Part shown: piece after piece, positions 1 to 10,700 of the stretch
Layout: each line of letters opens with the position of its first letter
Position numbering within the stretch: the stretch's first letter is position 1
Source of the DNA: an uncultured archaeon
GTDB taxonomy: Archaea; Asgardarchaeota; Thorarchaeia; Thorarchaeales; Thorarchaeaceae
Direction: 5' to 3'
Assembly: GCA_964473825.1 (NCBI GenBank)
Contig: CAYYQL010000005.1
Span: forward strand, 32,001 to 96,000
Length of the DNA: 64,000 bases
Notes under the pieces: model-generated
Database searches by the model: none
What the model was told of the DNA's origin: nothing
What the model saw: the letters and a program-made list of their open reading frames with translations, nothing else
Made by a program: the position numbers and the translations under genes

Positions 1-2
1 CC

Positions 3-941
3 GATGACGCATCGACGGAGAGTGTCATGCTTCATCTTGCGGAAAAGATTGAGTTTGACGTTCTCATTACGGCACAGGCAACATCTCCGTTGACCAAGCC
101 GCAGGACATTCGAAGAGGTATTGAGGTCTTCTTTGAAGGGGGATATGATTCACTTCTCACCGGCGTTCGAGTCAAGAGGTTCTACTGGAAACTGGAGAAG
201 GGTGATGTATCACCTATTAACTACGACTACAAGCAGCGTCCCCGTAGACAGGACTCTGAGGGCTGGATAATGGAGAATGGTGCATTCTATGTTACCTCCC
301 TACCTATCCTACTGAGGGAGGAATCGCGACTAGGAGGAAGAATCGGTATCCTAGAGATGGATGAGAGCACCAGTATCGAAATAGATGAGTCTGGCGACTG
401 GAGAATCGTTGAGTCGTTGCTCATTGAGCGCAAACGGCTCAATCTACTGGAGAATCTCCCCGACATCAAGCTCCTCGTCATTGATGTGGACGGAACCCTG
501 ACTGATGCTGGAATGTACTATTCACATGATGGTGAGCTCCTGAAGAAGTTCAACACCCGGGACGCGAAAGGACTGGAACTGGTTCGGAAGAAGGGGATAG
601 TCGTGGCTATCATGACATCTGAGGACTCAGACATTGTGAGAGCTCGAGCGGAAAAGATGGGTCTTGAACACGTACTTTGTGGCATAGAGGACAAGATGGC
701 AGCCTTAGAGAAACTATGCAGAGAACTTGACATCGATCTCCCAGAAACCGCATTCATAGGGGATGACCTCAACGATTTGGCATGCATAGGAGCCGTAGGA
801 CTAGGAGCGTGTCCTGCAGATGCCCTTGACGAAGTCAAGAATAGCGCAGTCTACTTATGCAGACGCAACGGAGGAAGTGGGGCAGTCAGAGAGCTTTGTG
901 AATTGCTGCTCGAAACCCGACGAAACAGTCGGCGAGAATAG
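3..941 (+). CDS. neuA: Acylneuraminate cytidylyltransferase (NeuA/CMAS) fused to KdsC-like HAD phosphatase; 5' end lies outside the window
   Basis: Frame is open from nt 3 (DDASTESVM). NeuA motifs QATSP, RPRRQD, ENGAFY, SIEIDE; HAD motifs DVDGTLTD, KKFNTRD, GDDLND, GGSGAVRE. Confidence 0.9.
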   Translation, partial: DDASTESVMLHLAEKIEFDVLITAQATSPLTKPQDIRRGIEVFFEGGYDSLLTGVRVKRFYWKLEKGDVSPINYDYKQRPRRQDSEGWIMENGAFYVTSLPILLREESRLGGRIGILEMDESTSIEIDESGDWRIVESLLIERKRLNLLENLPDIKLLVIDVDGTLTDAGMYYSHDGELLKKFNTRDAKGLELVRKKGIVVAIMTSEDSDIVRARAEKMGLEHVLCGIEDKMAALEKLCRELDIDLPETAFIGDDLNDLACIGAVGLGACPADALDEVKNSAVYLCRRNGGSGAVRELCELLLETRRNSRRE

Positions 942-978
942 CCTACCCCCCGCCGACCTCAAGAGATAGGATTGCAGT

Positions 979-1377
979 TCATGTCCTTCTGGAAAACAGG
1001 ATGCAAATCGCCGCCAACAGGACTACAAAAGTGCCTGCTGCCGCAGCTATTAGAACCCAGTCAAAGTCTGTAGGCGGCGCGGTAGCAGGAACAGCAGTGA
1101 CAGTAACCCGCACCGTGTCGCTTGCACTGCCACCAAATGTGTCTTCCACCGTCAGTGCATACTCGTAGGTCCCCACAGACAGGCTATCCACACTTAGAAC
1201 AATCTGAGAACCGTTCCATTCGTTTGACTCAATGAGCGTGCCATTTCTGTACACCACATAGTACAGAGGGAAGCTCGCAGTGGCATTCCAAGTGATTTCA
1301 TGTCCTATCGTTCCCTCGTCATACGTGAGATCCTCTGGGCTATCCAGGGTCGGATGTACGGGTTGCATGTGGAACAA
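979..1377 (-). pseudogene. 3' remnant of an Ig-like-repeat surface protein (one repeat plus TM anchor)
   Basis: PTLDSPEDLTYDEGTIGHEITW...YALTVEDTFGGSASDTVRVTV matches the repeats of 7787-14371. Has a C-terminal TM and basic tail but no signal peptide. Confidence 0.7.
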
Positions 1378-1411
1378 GGGCTTCGGTCACTTCCATGACA
1401 TATCTTGGAAT

Positions 1412-1909
1412 ACGTGTTCTAAATCATCATCCAGTTGTCTTAAGAAGGAGTGAGAAGGACACTAATCAGAGGTAGTTGATGTTGAACAAGAGATCGGATG
1501 CATCAGCCTACGGCGGCAAGAGCTGGTCGCCAAGAACACAATCGTTCAGGCAAGAGATAGGCACTGTATGGAGACCGTGCGGCATTGACTCAGAATGGAA
1601 TGATCTCAAGACCGTTCTCCTTCATCGGCCTGGGAGAGAGCTGGAAGAGATTGTGGATGCTGATGCCGTCCAGATGATCGATATCCCGGACGGGGACTTG
1701 CTTGAGAAACAGCACAATGCCATGGCCCAAGCATATCGCAACGTCGGTGTGGGTGTCCTGTATGTCGAACCCTCGGAAGTACCCCCACCCAACCTGATGT
1801 TTGTGGCCGACCTCATGTTCATGACACCTGAGGGGGGCATCTTGGGGAGACCTGCCTCCACTGTGCGGGCGGGAGAGGAGAGGTATGTCGCAGCTCGTCT
1901 TGCTGCACT
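1412..1909 (+). repeat. Direct repeat of ~14785-15282 (upstream region plus 5' half of amidinotransferase)
   Basis: 1426-1648 is identical to 14799-15021 by eye (223 nt); the rest is diverged with mostly synonymous changes. Confidence 0.9.
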
Positions 1910-1973
1910 ATGGCCGTGCCTTTTAAATTATTCATCAGAGAGCCACTATTCCTGTCTTCTGAATTCGAGATAA
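1476..1973 (+). pseudogene. Truncated duplicate of the amidinotransferase/DDAH-family gene
   Basis: Matches 14849-15802 up to RLAAL (~nt 1909), then unrelated sequence. The catalytic C-terminal half is missing. Confidence 0.9.
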
Positions 1974-2155
1974 ATGCCGTTTTCTTCACTGCGCTCGGTC
2001 CTCTCTTGGGTTTCGATTGAGAAACATGTAGGCTAACTGAAGCAGGCGAGCAAGGAGGCTTTTGAGCTATATAGCCCTGCTTGAGCTGCAGTGTGTAGGC
2101 ACCAAGACAATAGCGACATTCATATACTGCAGCTAGCAAGCGACCCCTGAGCAAT

Positions 2156-4141
2156 ATGTCCGGAATCCCAGATACATCTTCGATAATGAAGTTGGCGAAG
2201 AGCAGGTACAAACTCATTGTGGCAGTCCTAATCCTACTTGCAGACCTTGCGCCATACTACATCTTTGGACATGATATGCATATCGGGCTTCATGATACCT
2301 ATGATAGTATCGTTATCTGGTATGAAGTCTTGGCTAAGAGTGGGATGCTATTTGCACCAAATGATGCCATAGTTCCGGGAATCATGAATGGTCTCCCCAG
2401 AATATGTTTCGGCACGGAGTTCTACGGGTATCTTTGGCTCTTCATATTCCTTGACCCGTACTGGGCCAGCGTGGTCAACATCACACTAGCCTATTTCATT
2501 GGGTTCGCAGGTATGTACCTACTACTGAAGAAGCACTTCCTGACAGACTCCAAACATGATCTCATAGTCATTGGATCCGCTCTGTGCTTTGGCCTCTTGC
2601 AGTTCAGGCCGACAGGCGGTCTCGGGCTTTCCATGCCAACACTTCCCCTTGCCCTCTATGCGTTTCTAAACATAAGGAATGGAGAGGCAAGGAAGAGGGA
2701 CTGGGCCCTGCTTCTTCTGATTCCCTTCAATGCTTCGCTAGTCTATGCCTATGCATTCCTTCTCTCTCTCGTGGGACTTCTATGGCTGGTTGATATCATT
2801 CGCACCAAGACAGTAAACAGAGAGTTCACTGGCTCTCTTTTCCTCATGGGAAGTGTCTTCCTACTCGTAGAATATAGACTTGTGACGGGAATGCTCTTAG
2901 GCTCGGACTTTGTTTCGCACCGCACTATCTTCGATCCTGCATCCTATTCCATACTGGAGTCTCTGGAAAAGAGTGCAGAGATGTTCTTCTTGGGACAGTA
3001 CCACGCCATCTCACTCCATGGCGTTGGGGTCCTCCTCACCGTTGTACTTGCACTTGGACTCGTAGCCTCTTACAAGAAACGAAATCTTCAGAAACCCTTC
3101 ATGGCCATTGGGATTCTTGCTGCTGTAGTGGCGGGTTTTGCAATGCTTGTCTGGTATCCAACTTCCATTATTCCAATGACACGTTATGCTCTGGCACTTC
3201 TACCTCAACAAGTTCACCTCCCACTGGTATTCATTGGGGTGGTTGTGACCGCGGCTGTCCTCGTTCAGGTGCTCTGGTCCTTCTTCTCGGACCCAGATAC
3301 GCAGGAGGAGAATGGTTTCCAGCACCGCAGGCTCGTGCAAGCAATGGTGACTATCTTGGCAATCTGTGTAGTCATTGCGTTGTGGGCGGGACTGTGGGAC
3401 TGGGAGCTTTGGACCCCTCTCAAGAACGAATATGTGGTTCTCAAAGTATTCACATTCCACAGGTTCTATAGGCTGTTTCCGATGCTATGGTACATCATAT
3501 TCGCACTTGCATTGGCAATAATCCAGAGAGGTCCTTCATTCCGAAGCATACCAACAGACAAGATACTGGTATTGGCGCTCATCGGCCTGCAGGTAGGAGT
3601 CATAATGCCCTACAACTGGGCCATGGTCTCAAGAGGGGTGGGGAATCAAGATGTGCAAGTATCGTACCGAGAGTTCTATGCGGAAGATCTGTTTGCAGAG
3701 ATCAAACAGGACATTGGATTGAGTCAGGAAGACTATAGAGTCATCAACATCGGCATGCATCCCGCTCTGGCCCAGCATAGTGGGTTCCATACGCTTGATG
3801 GATATCTCAACAACTATCCCTTAGAATATAAACTGCAATTCAGGAACATCATCGCCTACGAACTGGCCAAGAACGAGGAGCTAGAGAGTTACTATGACGG
3901 TTGGGGTAGCCGCTGCTACACATTCGTTGCAGAACTGGACAAGTATCTCCTCTATACCAAGTCTAAGAGCAGTCCCCTCGAGAACCTAGAACTGAATGTC
4001 ACAGCCCTGTACGAGATGAACTGCTCATATGTGTTCTCTGCAGTTGAGATTCCGAATCCAGAAGATAGCAATCTGACGCTTTTCAATGACTACGTAACCC
4101 CGGAATCAGTGTGGCATATCTTTGTCTACGAGGTCGTCTAG
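2156..4141 (+). CDS. YkoS/DUF6044-like polytopic membrane protein, probable GT-C glycosyltransferase
   Basis: About 13 TM segments; motifs HDTYDS, GIMNGLPR, FHRFY, GMHPALAQHSGFHTLDGY, NYPLEYK, WGSRCY recalled as typical of the YkoS/DUF6044 family. Confidence 0.7.
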   Translation: MSGIPDTSSIMKLAKSRYKLIVAVLILLADLAPYYIFGHDMHIGLHDTYDSIVIWYEVLAKSGMLFAPNDAIVPGIMNGLPRICFGTEFYGYLWLFIFLDPYWASVVNITLAYFIGFAGMYLLLKKHFLTDSKHDLIVIGSALCFGLLQFRPTGGLGLSMPTLPLALYAFLNIRNGEARKRDWALLLLIPFNASLVYAYAFLLSLVGLLWLVDIIRTKTVNREFTGSLFLMGSVFLLVEYRLVTGMLLGSDFVSHRTIFDPASYSILESLEKSAEMFFLGQYHAISLHGVGVLLTVVLALGLVASYKKRNLQKPFMAIGILAAVVAGFAMLVWYPTSIIPMTRYALALLPQQVHLPLVFIGVVVTAAVLVQVLWSFFSDPDTQEENGFQHRRLVQAMVTILAICVVIALWAGLWDWELWTPLKNEYVVLKVFTFHRFYRLFPMLWYIIFALALAIIQRGPSFRSIPTDKILVLALIGLQVGVIMPYNWAMVSRGVGNQDVQVSYREFYAEDLFAEIKQDIGLSQEDYRVINIGMHPALAQHSGFHTLDGYLNNYPLEYKLQFRNIIAYELAKNEELESYYDGWGSRCYTFVAELDKYLLYTKSKSSPLENLELNVTALYEMNCSYVFSAVEIPNPEDSNLTLFNDYVTPESVWHIFVYEVV

Positions 4142-4335
4142 CTTACGAACCAGATAGAGTCATTGAGGCATGCTGGATTGCATAGTGCATGACGATGAGC
4201 AACCTGCAGGCTAACACTGAGAGGGCCCACCGAATATCAGGGCCAAGACTAAAAAGCGACATCAGGGGTGAATAAGGCAGCTCCACATAAGGAATGGGCT
4301 ACTTAGAATACCCAAAGCATGAGAGAGTACTCACT

Positions 4336-5295
4336 ATGGCTGATGACAGAATTCTGATAACAGGGGCAGCTGGTTTCATCGGTGGACATCTTTGCGAGTG
4401 TCTGCTCGAGGATGGGTGCAGCTTGGTAGGCGTAGATAATCTCAACGACTACTACAACCCAGCCATCAAGGAGGATACTATCAGTCGCCTTATGGCCCAT
4501 GAAAGCTTTGAATTCTTCCGTGTGGATATCCGAAACATTGATGCGTTGGAATCAGTCTTCTCCGACCACGCGTTCGGGACAGTGGTCCACCTCGCTGCCA
4601 TGGCAGGCGTCAGAAGCAGTATCGAGAATCCGAAACTGTATCTAGATGTCAATGTCATAGGTACTGAAAATGTCCTGCAACAGTCTGTTGACCATGGTGT
4701 TTCTAACGTCATCTTTTCCTCGTCATCATCCGTCTACGGCAATCGTCAGGAGGTTCCGTTTCGGGAGGAAGATAGAACTGATACGCCGGTCTCTCCATAT
4801 GCGGCCTCTAAGAAGGCGGGAGAGGTACTTGCTTTCTCTTATCACTCACTCTACAATATACCAGTAACGTGCCTTAGATTCTTCACCGTCTATGGCCCGC
4901 GTGGACGCCCGGATATGGCTCCTTTCATCTTCATCGATAGAATCTCCCGTGGAGTTCCCATCAAACAGTATGGTGATGGAACAAGCCAGCGGGACTACAC
5001 CTACGTGAGCGACATTGTGAAGGGTATCGTGGGGGCCATTGAGAGGCCTAAGCCCTATGAGATATACAACCTCGGCAATTCCGAGCCCGTTGAGCTCTCC
5101 GATTTCATCCAGATAATTGAAGAGAGCGTAGGAAAGAGGGCGAAGATCGAAGTCGCCGGGGACCAACCGGGCGATGTCCAGAAAACATTTGCAGATATCT
5201 CGAAGGCACGTCAGGATCTCGGTTATGATCCGGCGGTCTCCCTCAAAGAGGGGATAGCCAGAACAGTCGATTGGTATAACCGCGCACATGGATGA
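4336..5295 (+). CDS. NAD-dependent epimerase, UDP-glucuronate 4-epimerase type
   Basis: TGAAGFIG, HLAAMAGVRSS, SSSSVYG, YAASK, RFFTVYGPRGRPDMA. Start placed at MADDRIL (track start is 4294). Confidence 0.88.
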   Translation: MADDRILITGAAGFIGGHLCECLLEDGCSLVGVDNLNDYYNPAIKEDTISRLMAHESFEFFRVDIRNIDALESVFSDHAFGTVVHLAAMAGVRSSIENPKLYLDVNVIGTENVLQQSVDHGVSNVIFSSSSSVYGNRQEVPFREEDRTDTPVSPYAASKKAGEVLAFSYHSLYNIPVTCLRFFTVYGPRGRPDMAPFIFIDRISRGVPIKQYGDGTSQRDYTYVSDIVKGIVGAIERPKPYEIYNLGNSEPVELSDFIQIIEESVGKRAKIEVAGDQPGDVQKTFADISKARQDLGYDPAVSLKEGIARTVDWYNRAHG

Positions 5296-5303
5296 GAGGA
5301 AAC

Positions 5304-6362
5304 TCATCGAGCATTCTTGGTTATTGCCACAACGAAGCTGGGGGAGAGCAGTGCAGTTTCCCAAGGGCGTGTGGTCCGAAGTCTTTTTCCCGCATATGGG
5401 AAGTATCCAAAAATATCGTAATCGATTGAATATGCAGCAGATTCGAGGATACTATCCAGATAGGAGTAACTGAAGAAATGCTTGTGGTCGGGATTCTGGA
5501 TCTTCTGGGGGGAAAAACCGAGCAGAGATGCAAGTCTGAACATCCAAGCATAGCTGTTGGGAGTTGTCAGGACCACGAAACCCCCATCCTTAGTCACCCG
5601 CAGGAAATCGTTCAATGACTTCAACGGATCGTCAAGATGCTCAATCACCTCGCTGCACCAGATCAGATCGAAATGCTGGTCGGGGAAGGGGAGTCTCTTG
5701 TTCGCATCAACTGTCAGCGCATCTTCGTATTCAGGCTCGATATCTATGGAGGTGACTTCATATCCGATGTGTTTGAGCCAACGACTCTGATGGCCCTCTC
5801 GACAACCGATGTCGAGCGCCTTTCCCAAGGAGTCAATGCCCTTTATTTCAGAGAGAATAGTACGCATGCCGATCACCTTGGCCATTGTATCGAAACGCAT
5901 TTCGCCTTGGCCCAGATCTATTGGGAGTCTTCGCAGGGCATGTCCTAAGGCCTTCATCATTGATGTATCACTGTCCGTCAGGCTGCTTCTCTGTTTGAAG
6001 GAGTACGCATTGTGAAGTACATATGTCCATATGAAGACAATGCCTACTGCCGCCACTTTTACAGCGAGATAATGCAAGAGGAGATACTCCACACCCACCC
6101 ACATCACAGCGTTGGTCAGCAGGAGACCAGAAACCGAAACAATGGTGAATCGGCCGAGTTGCTCCATCCAAATCCCCGGAGAGTCTTTGAAGACCCATTC
6201 TCGATTCAGAGCAAACTTCGACAGTAGTGCAATAAGGTAAGATAGAGTTGCAGAGAGGATATAGTAGATGCCGATGAAGTCTACCAGAAAATACAAGACT
6301 CCAATATCCAGCAGTGTGATGAAGATGGAAACTGCAAGGTATTTGCCAACCCGAATCATCAC
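5304..6362 (-). CDS. GtrA-family lipid-P-sugar flippase fused to class I SAM-dependent methyltransferase
   Basis: First ~125 aa form 4 TMs with FALNREWVF and WTYVLHNAYSF (GtrA). C-terminal ALDIGC, LPFPDQHFDLIWCSEVIEH, GGFVVLTTPN (Methyltransf_11 type). Confidence 0.85.
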   Translation of the reverse strand: MMIRVGKYLAVSIFITLLDIGVLYFLVDFIGIYYILSATLSYLIALLSKFALNREWVFKDSPGIWMEQLGRFTIVSVSGLLLTNAVMWVGVEYLLLHYLAVKVAAVGIVFIWTYVLHNAYSFKQRSSLTDSDTSMMKALGHALRRLPIDLGQGEMRFDTMAKVIGMRTILSEIKGIDSLGKALDIGCREGHQSRWLKHIGYEVTSIDIEPEYEDALTVDANKRLPFPDQHFDLIWCSEVIEHLDDPLKSLNDFLRVTKDGGFVVLTTPNSYAWMFRLASLLGFSPQKIQNPDHKHFFSYSYLDSILESAAYSIDYDIFGYFPYAGKRLRTTRPWETALLSPSFVVAITKNAR

Positions 6363-6386
6363 TAACTCGCTCCGAAGAGTGCCAAT

Positions 6387-7343
6387 CTAGTCACCGACGA
6401 CTTCCGCAACCACATATGGTTTCATGGCGACGGTCTCATAGTATACTCTGGAGATGTATTCGGCAAGCACCCCCAGACTGAACATCTGTATTCCCAGAAT
6501 GATCATGATAAGGGCCAGTGTGAAGAGCGGTCTATCCTCCAGAGGAGAATTGAAGAGGATACGTTCAATCCCAAGCCAGAAACTAATGAGACTGCCGGGT
6601 ACAGCAAGAAGAGCTCCAAGTGTGCCGAAGAGGTGCAAGGGGCTGGCAGAATAACGATACCAGAAAGTGACAAACATGAGATCTAGGCCACCCTTCACTA
6701 GACGTTTGGCTCCGTACTTTGTTTCTCCACCGCCTCGCTTCCTGTGAGTGACCTTAACCTCTCCAACATCGGATCCTCTCCAATTCAGCAGGGCTGGGAT
6801 ATATCGATGCATCTCCCCCTGTAATTTCAAGTCTCTTGCAACGTCGCTCTTATACACTCTCAGAGAACAGCCTGAGTCATGGATTGTCTCGCCAAGAAGG
6901 CGGCGCCGTAACCAGTTCGACATCCTTGAGAAGGTGCGCTTTGTGAACTTGTCCTCCCTCTTGTGCCGCCAACCACAGATAACGTCATATCCCTTTTCCA
7001 GTTCCTCAACCATCCGTGGAATGTTTGCGGGGTCATCCTGCATGTCACCATCCATAGTGACCAGAAGTCTGCCTTTGGCATGATCGAATCCAGCTTGCAT
7101 CGCGGCACTCTGACCGAAGTTCTTCTTCAGCTTCACCACCTTGATATCAGGCAGTGACTTGAGAATCTCTACGGTAGAATCTGTGGAACCATCGTCAACA
7201 AAAAGAATCTCGTAGGAAACGTCCATGGACTCAAGTACAGATCCAATCTCTTCACTGAGCGCTTTGACGTTCTCCTCTTCGTCATAGACAGGAACAACTA
7301 CAGAGAGATCCAACCCCGTTTCGTTCTCCAATTGTTTCACCAC
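6387..7343 (-). CDS. GT2 polyprenol-phosphate glycosyltransferase (GtrB/ArnC/YkoT-like)
   Basis: SVVVPVYDE, VDDGSTD, NFGQSAA, MDGDMQD, DSGCSL; two C-terminal TMs followed by EYISRVYYE. Confidence 0.92.
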   Translation of the reverse strand: MVKQLENETGLDLSVVVPVYDEEENVKALSEEIGSVLESMDVSYEILFVDDGSTDSTVEILKSLPDIKVVKLKKNFGQSAAMQAGFDHAKGRLLVTMDGDMQDDPANIPRMVEELEKGYDVICGWRHKREDKFTKRTFSRMSNWLRRRLLGETIHDSGCSLRVYKSDVARDLKLQGEMHRYIPALLNWRGSDVGEVKVTHRKRGGGETKYGAKRLVKGGLDLMFVTFWYRYSASPLHLFGTLGALLAVPGSLISFWLGIERILFNSPLEDRPLFTLALIMIILGIQMFSLGVLAEYISRVYYETVAMKPYVVAEVVGD

Positions 7344-7461
7344 ATAATACAGGATAGTTGGCTTGAGGCAACGACGTTTCGGTCTTCTCTCTACTCATAA
7401 GTCTTGCTGGCAAGATACACGGAGAAGACACTACGCTATCAATCGCTAGATGAGAACCAGG

Positions 7462-7686
7462 TTACTCAGCAGAATCAAATAGCGACGCGTGATTCGAGAT
7501 GACACCACGCCGTGCTGAGAAACCGCATGTACTTGCATTACTCTCCAGCATGATATCCTCCAGTTGAGAGTCTTCTACTGTGGCATTCATTCCTATAGCA
7601 ACATACGGCCCGAGGACGGATTCAGTGGTCTCTGCGCCGGAACCAACATAGCCAGCTCCAACAATCGTGATTTTCATTGTCATCAT
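7462..7686 (-). pseudogene. Deletion scar: UDP-sugar dehydrogenase N-terminus fused to sugar-phosphate nucleotidyltransferase C-terminus
   Basis: MKITIVGAGYVG (compare MKILIIGAGYVG at 37690) is joined to ESVLGPYVAIGMNATVEDSQLEDIMLES (compare NSTVGPFVSIGNGARVHSSVLSNVIVES in 33467-34501). Confidence 0.7.
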
Positions 7687-7786
7687 AATCCAGTTCTTGG
7701 CCTTGATGGAGCCCTGTGCTATGCTGAGAGGTCGGCATCAACCATCAAAGTTCTTCCATGGCTATACCCAGTTCATCCCGATACTC

Positions 7787-10700
7787 CTATGCTTTTCTGA
7801 AGTCCTCCATCATGTCACTCCAGTCCTCTTCCTTCTTGGTCTTGCCGCGCCCTCGCCAAGCCTTGACCAGTAAGACGCCGAAGACTACTACCACGCCGAG
7901 TGAAACAAGGGTGACGATGTCAGTACCACCCAGCTGCATACCCTGAGCAGGACGTACTGTCACGCCCACAACATCGGACACACTGGAGCCCAGCTCATCA
8001 TAAGCCGTCATGTTGACCTCGTGGTAGCCCTCTCCGAGAGAGTCCACATTGAACTCGATGGCGCCACCATCCCATGTATTGTTAGCAACAAGGGTTCCGT
8101 TGACGTAGATCTCATAGTGACTAGGTGCGTCGGATGACGGATTCCAGGTTATTGTGTTGCCGGTGGTTCCAGCATCAACCTCCATGTCGGACTGATCCGT
8201 CACTGTTGGAGGCGGGATTGAGGCAACTTGTACAAGGACAGTATCGAAGGCGCTATTGTCATCAACATCGTAGAGGACCAAGGTGACGTTATGTGTGCCG
8301 GGAATCAGTCCATCGACATTCTCCGATATCACATTGGAAGACCATGACCCAGAGTTACGCAGACTCCCGTTCAGATAGACCGCAAATCGTGCGGGATGTT
8401 GGTCGTAGGTACTCCAGGTAATCTGGGTTCCTGTGTCACCAAAGGTGTAGTCTATATCCTCAGGATGACTTACCTGGGGAGGATTGAACTCATACACCAC
8501 GCGTAACCACACTGTATCAGCCGCCGTCATTCCGCCCGTATCCTGAACAACAAGTGTCACGTTATAGTACGCACGACTCATACCACTGACATTTACCTCA
8601 ATGGAGGATTGCGTCCAGAGGGCGGATTCGAAGACGGACGCATTGATGTAGACGGTGTAGTTCCGTGGTGTGTCATCGGCGGCGCTCCAAGTTATCGAAC
8701 CGAGCGGGAGCTCTTCTGAATACGAGATATCAGGAGGAGAATCGAGCACCGGTGGCGGATTGTAGGTCACCGTGACCCAAACCGTATCCCATGTCGAGGA
8801 GCTGCTGACATCAAACACCACAAGGGTGACATTGTGGACTCCTACTACAAGTCCGTCCACGGAAACGGTTATTGGATTGTTATCCCAGGTTCCCGACTCG
8901 TACATGGTACCATTGACCAGTACCTCATAGAAATCAGGATTCTCGGTTAGGGGACTCCAAGTCACGGAATGACCAGTCGTACCCTCCAGATATTCAAGGT
9001 CCGCTGGAGAGTCGACGATGGGGACCCCAGACTCCATGACGAAGACCCAGACTAGGTCTGTTGCAGCATTACCCGACGTGTCCGTTGCCAAAATAGTCAG
9101 GTTCCATGTACCCACTGACAGTCCATCCACGGATATTATCACAACCGTCCCGTTGAATACCCCTCCCGTGGTCTGTGAACCATTGCGGAAGATGAGATAG
9201 GAGTCAAGATATTCCTCTTGTAGCGTCCATTCGATGGAGTTACCACTTTCGTCAACGACATAGTAGATATCATCTGGACTACCAAGAATCGGAGCCCTGT
9301 TATCTATCACGTACACCCAGACGCTATCCTGTGATCGAATATCGCTCTCGTCAGCAACAACAAGTGTAACATTGTAGGTGCCAAGAGTCAGATAATCAAT
9401 CTCGAAATCTATGTCTGAACCGTTCCAGCTACCCATATCCACTATGACACTATCAACGTAAACCCAGTAGTAATGGGGATGCTCATCGGAGCATTGCCAG
9501 AGAATCGAATATCCATAGTCCCACTCCCCTCGCGTCACGTCAGCGGGGTGGTCCAAAACAGGTGGGTCGGTTTCCATGACCACAAAGACATAGACTGTGT
9601 CTATCGCGCTGTTGTCTGACGTGTCCCACAGCTGGATTGTGTAGTTGTACGAGGCGATGGAGAGTCCATCAATCTGGATGCTAATATCACTCCCCGCCCA
9701 AGCCCCTTCGGCGACAAGCGTGCCGTTGCGCCAGATCCGGTGAGAGTGGGGATGGTTATCACGAGCCGGCCAGACAAGCCAATTGCCTGTGGATCCCTCT
9801 GTATAAGTGATGTTGTCAGGATTGCCTGTTGACGGGGGCGTCATGTCGAAGACCTCGACAATGACCGAGTCCGAAGACCAGAACCCATGGGTATCGGCCA
9901 CCTTCAGGGTGAAGTTGTAGGCACCCAGAGCAATCCCCGATAAATCGAAGACAATGCTTGGTTCAGCCCAGGTTCCCTGATCTACAATTGTGCCATTCCT
10001 GAAAACCTCATAGGTCCCTGGATGCTCGTCGGATACAGACCAGGTGATGTTGACTCCGGTCTGGCCCTCGTTTATTTGGATGTCAGATGGAGAATCAACC
10101 ACCGGGGGATCTGTTTCAATGACCTCAACCATGACTGTGTCCGAGTTTGAATTGCCACTCATGTCCCAGACGGTCAGTGTGTAGTTATAGACTCCTCTCG
10201 CCAGTCCATCCAGTGATACAGTTATGCTCGAATTGTCCCATGATCCAGATTCAATGACGGAGCCGTTTCTCCGAACCTCATAGCTGGATGGATGGGCAGT
10301 TTCAGGGTTCCAGGTGATACTCTCGCCCGTCGTCCCTTCCAACATATCAACATCAGGAGGGCTGTCGATGATGGGGACGTCGGGGTCCCAGACTGTCACA
10401 ATGACAGTGTCTGTGGCCTCATTTGAGCTAGTGTCCCAGACCAACACCGTGTAGTTATAGTCACCTACCATCAGGCCATCGATTGAGATGTTGACGAATG
10501 TGCCATAGAACCCAGCCCCTGTCTGTTGAACGCCGTCTCGATATACCACTGCAGATGCAATGTATAAATCCGAAACATTCCATCGCAGCACATTTCCAGT
10601 GGTGCCTGTGAAGATGAACTGGTCCCCCGGGCTCTCAATCACCGGAGGAGTGACATCATTTACGGTCACAAAGACGGTATCGCTGGCCCAGAGGCCATTG

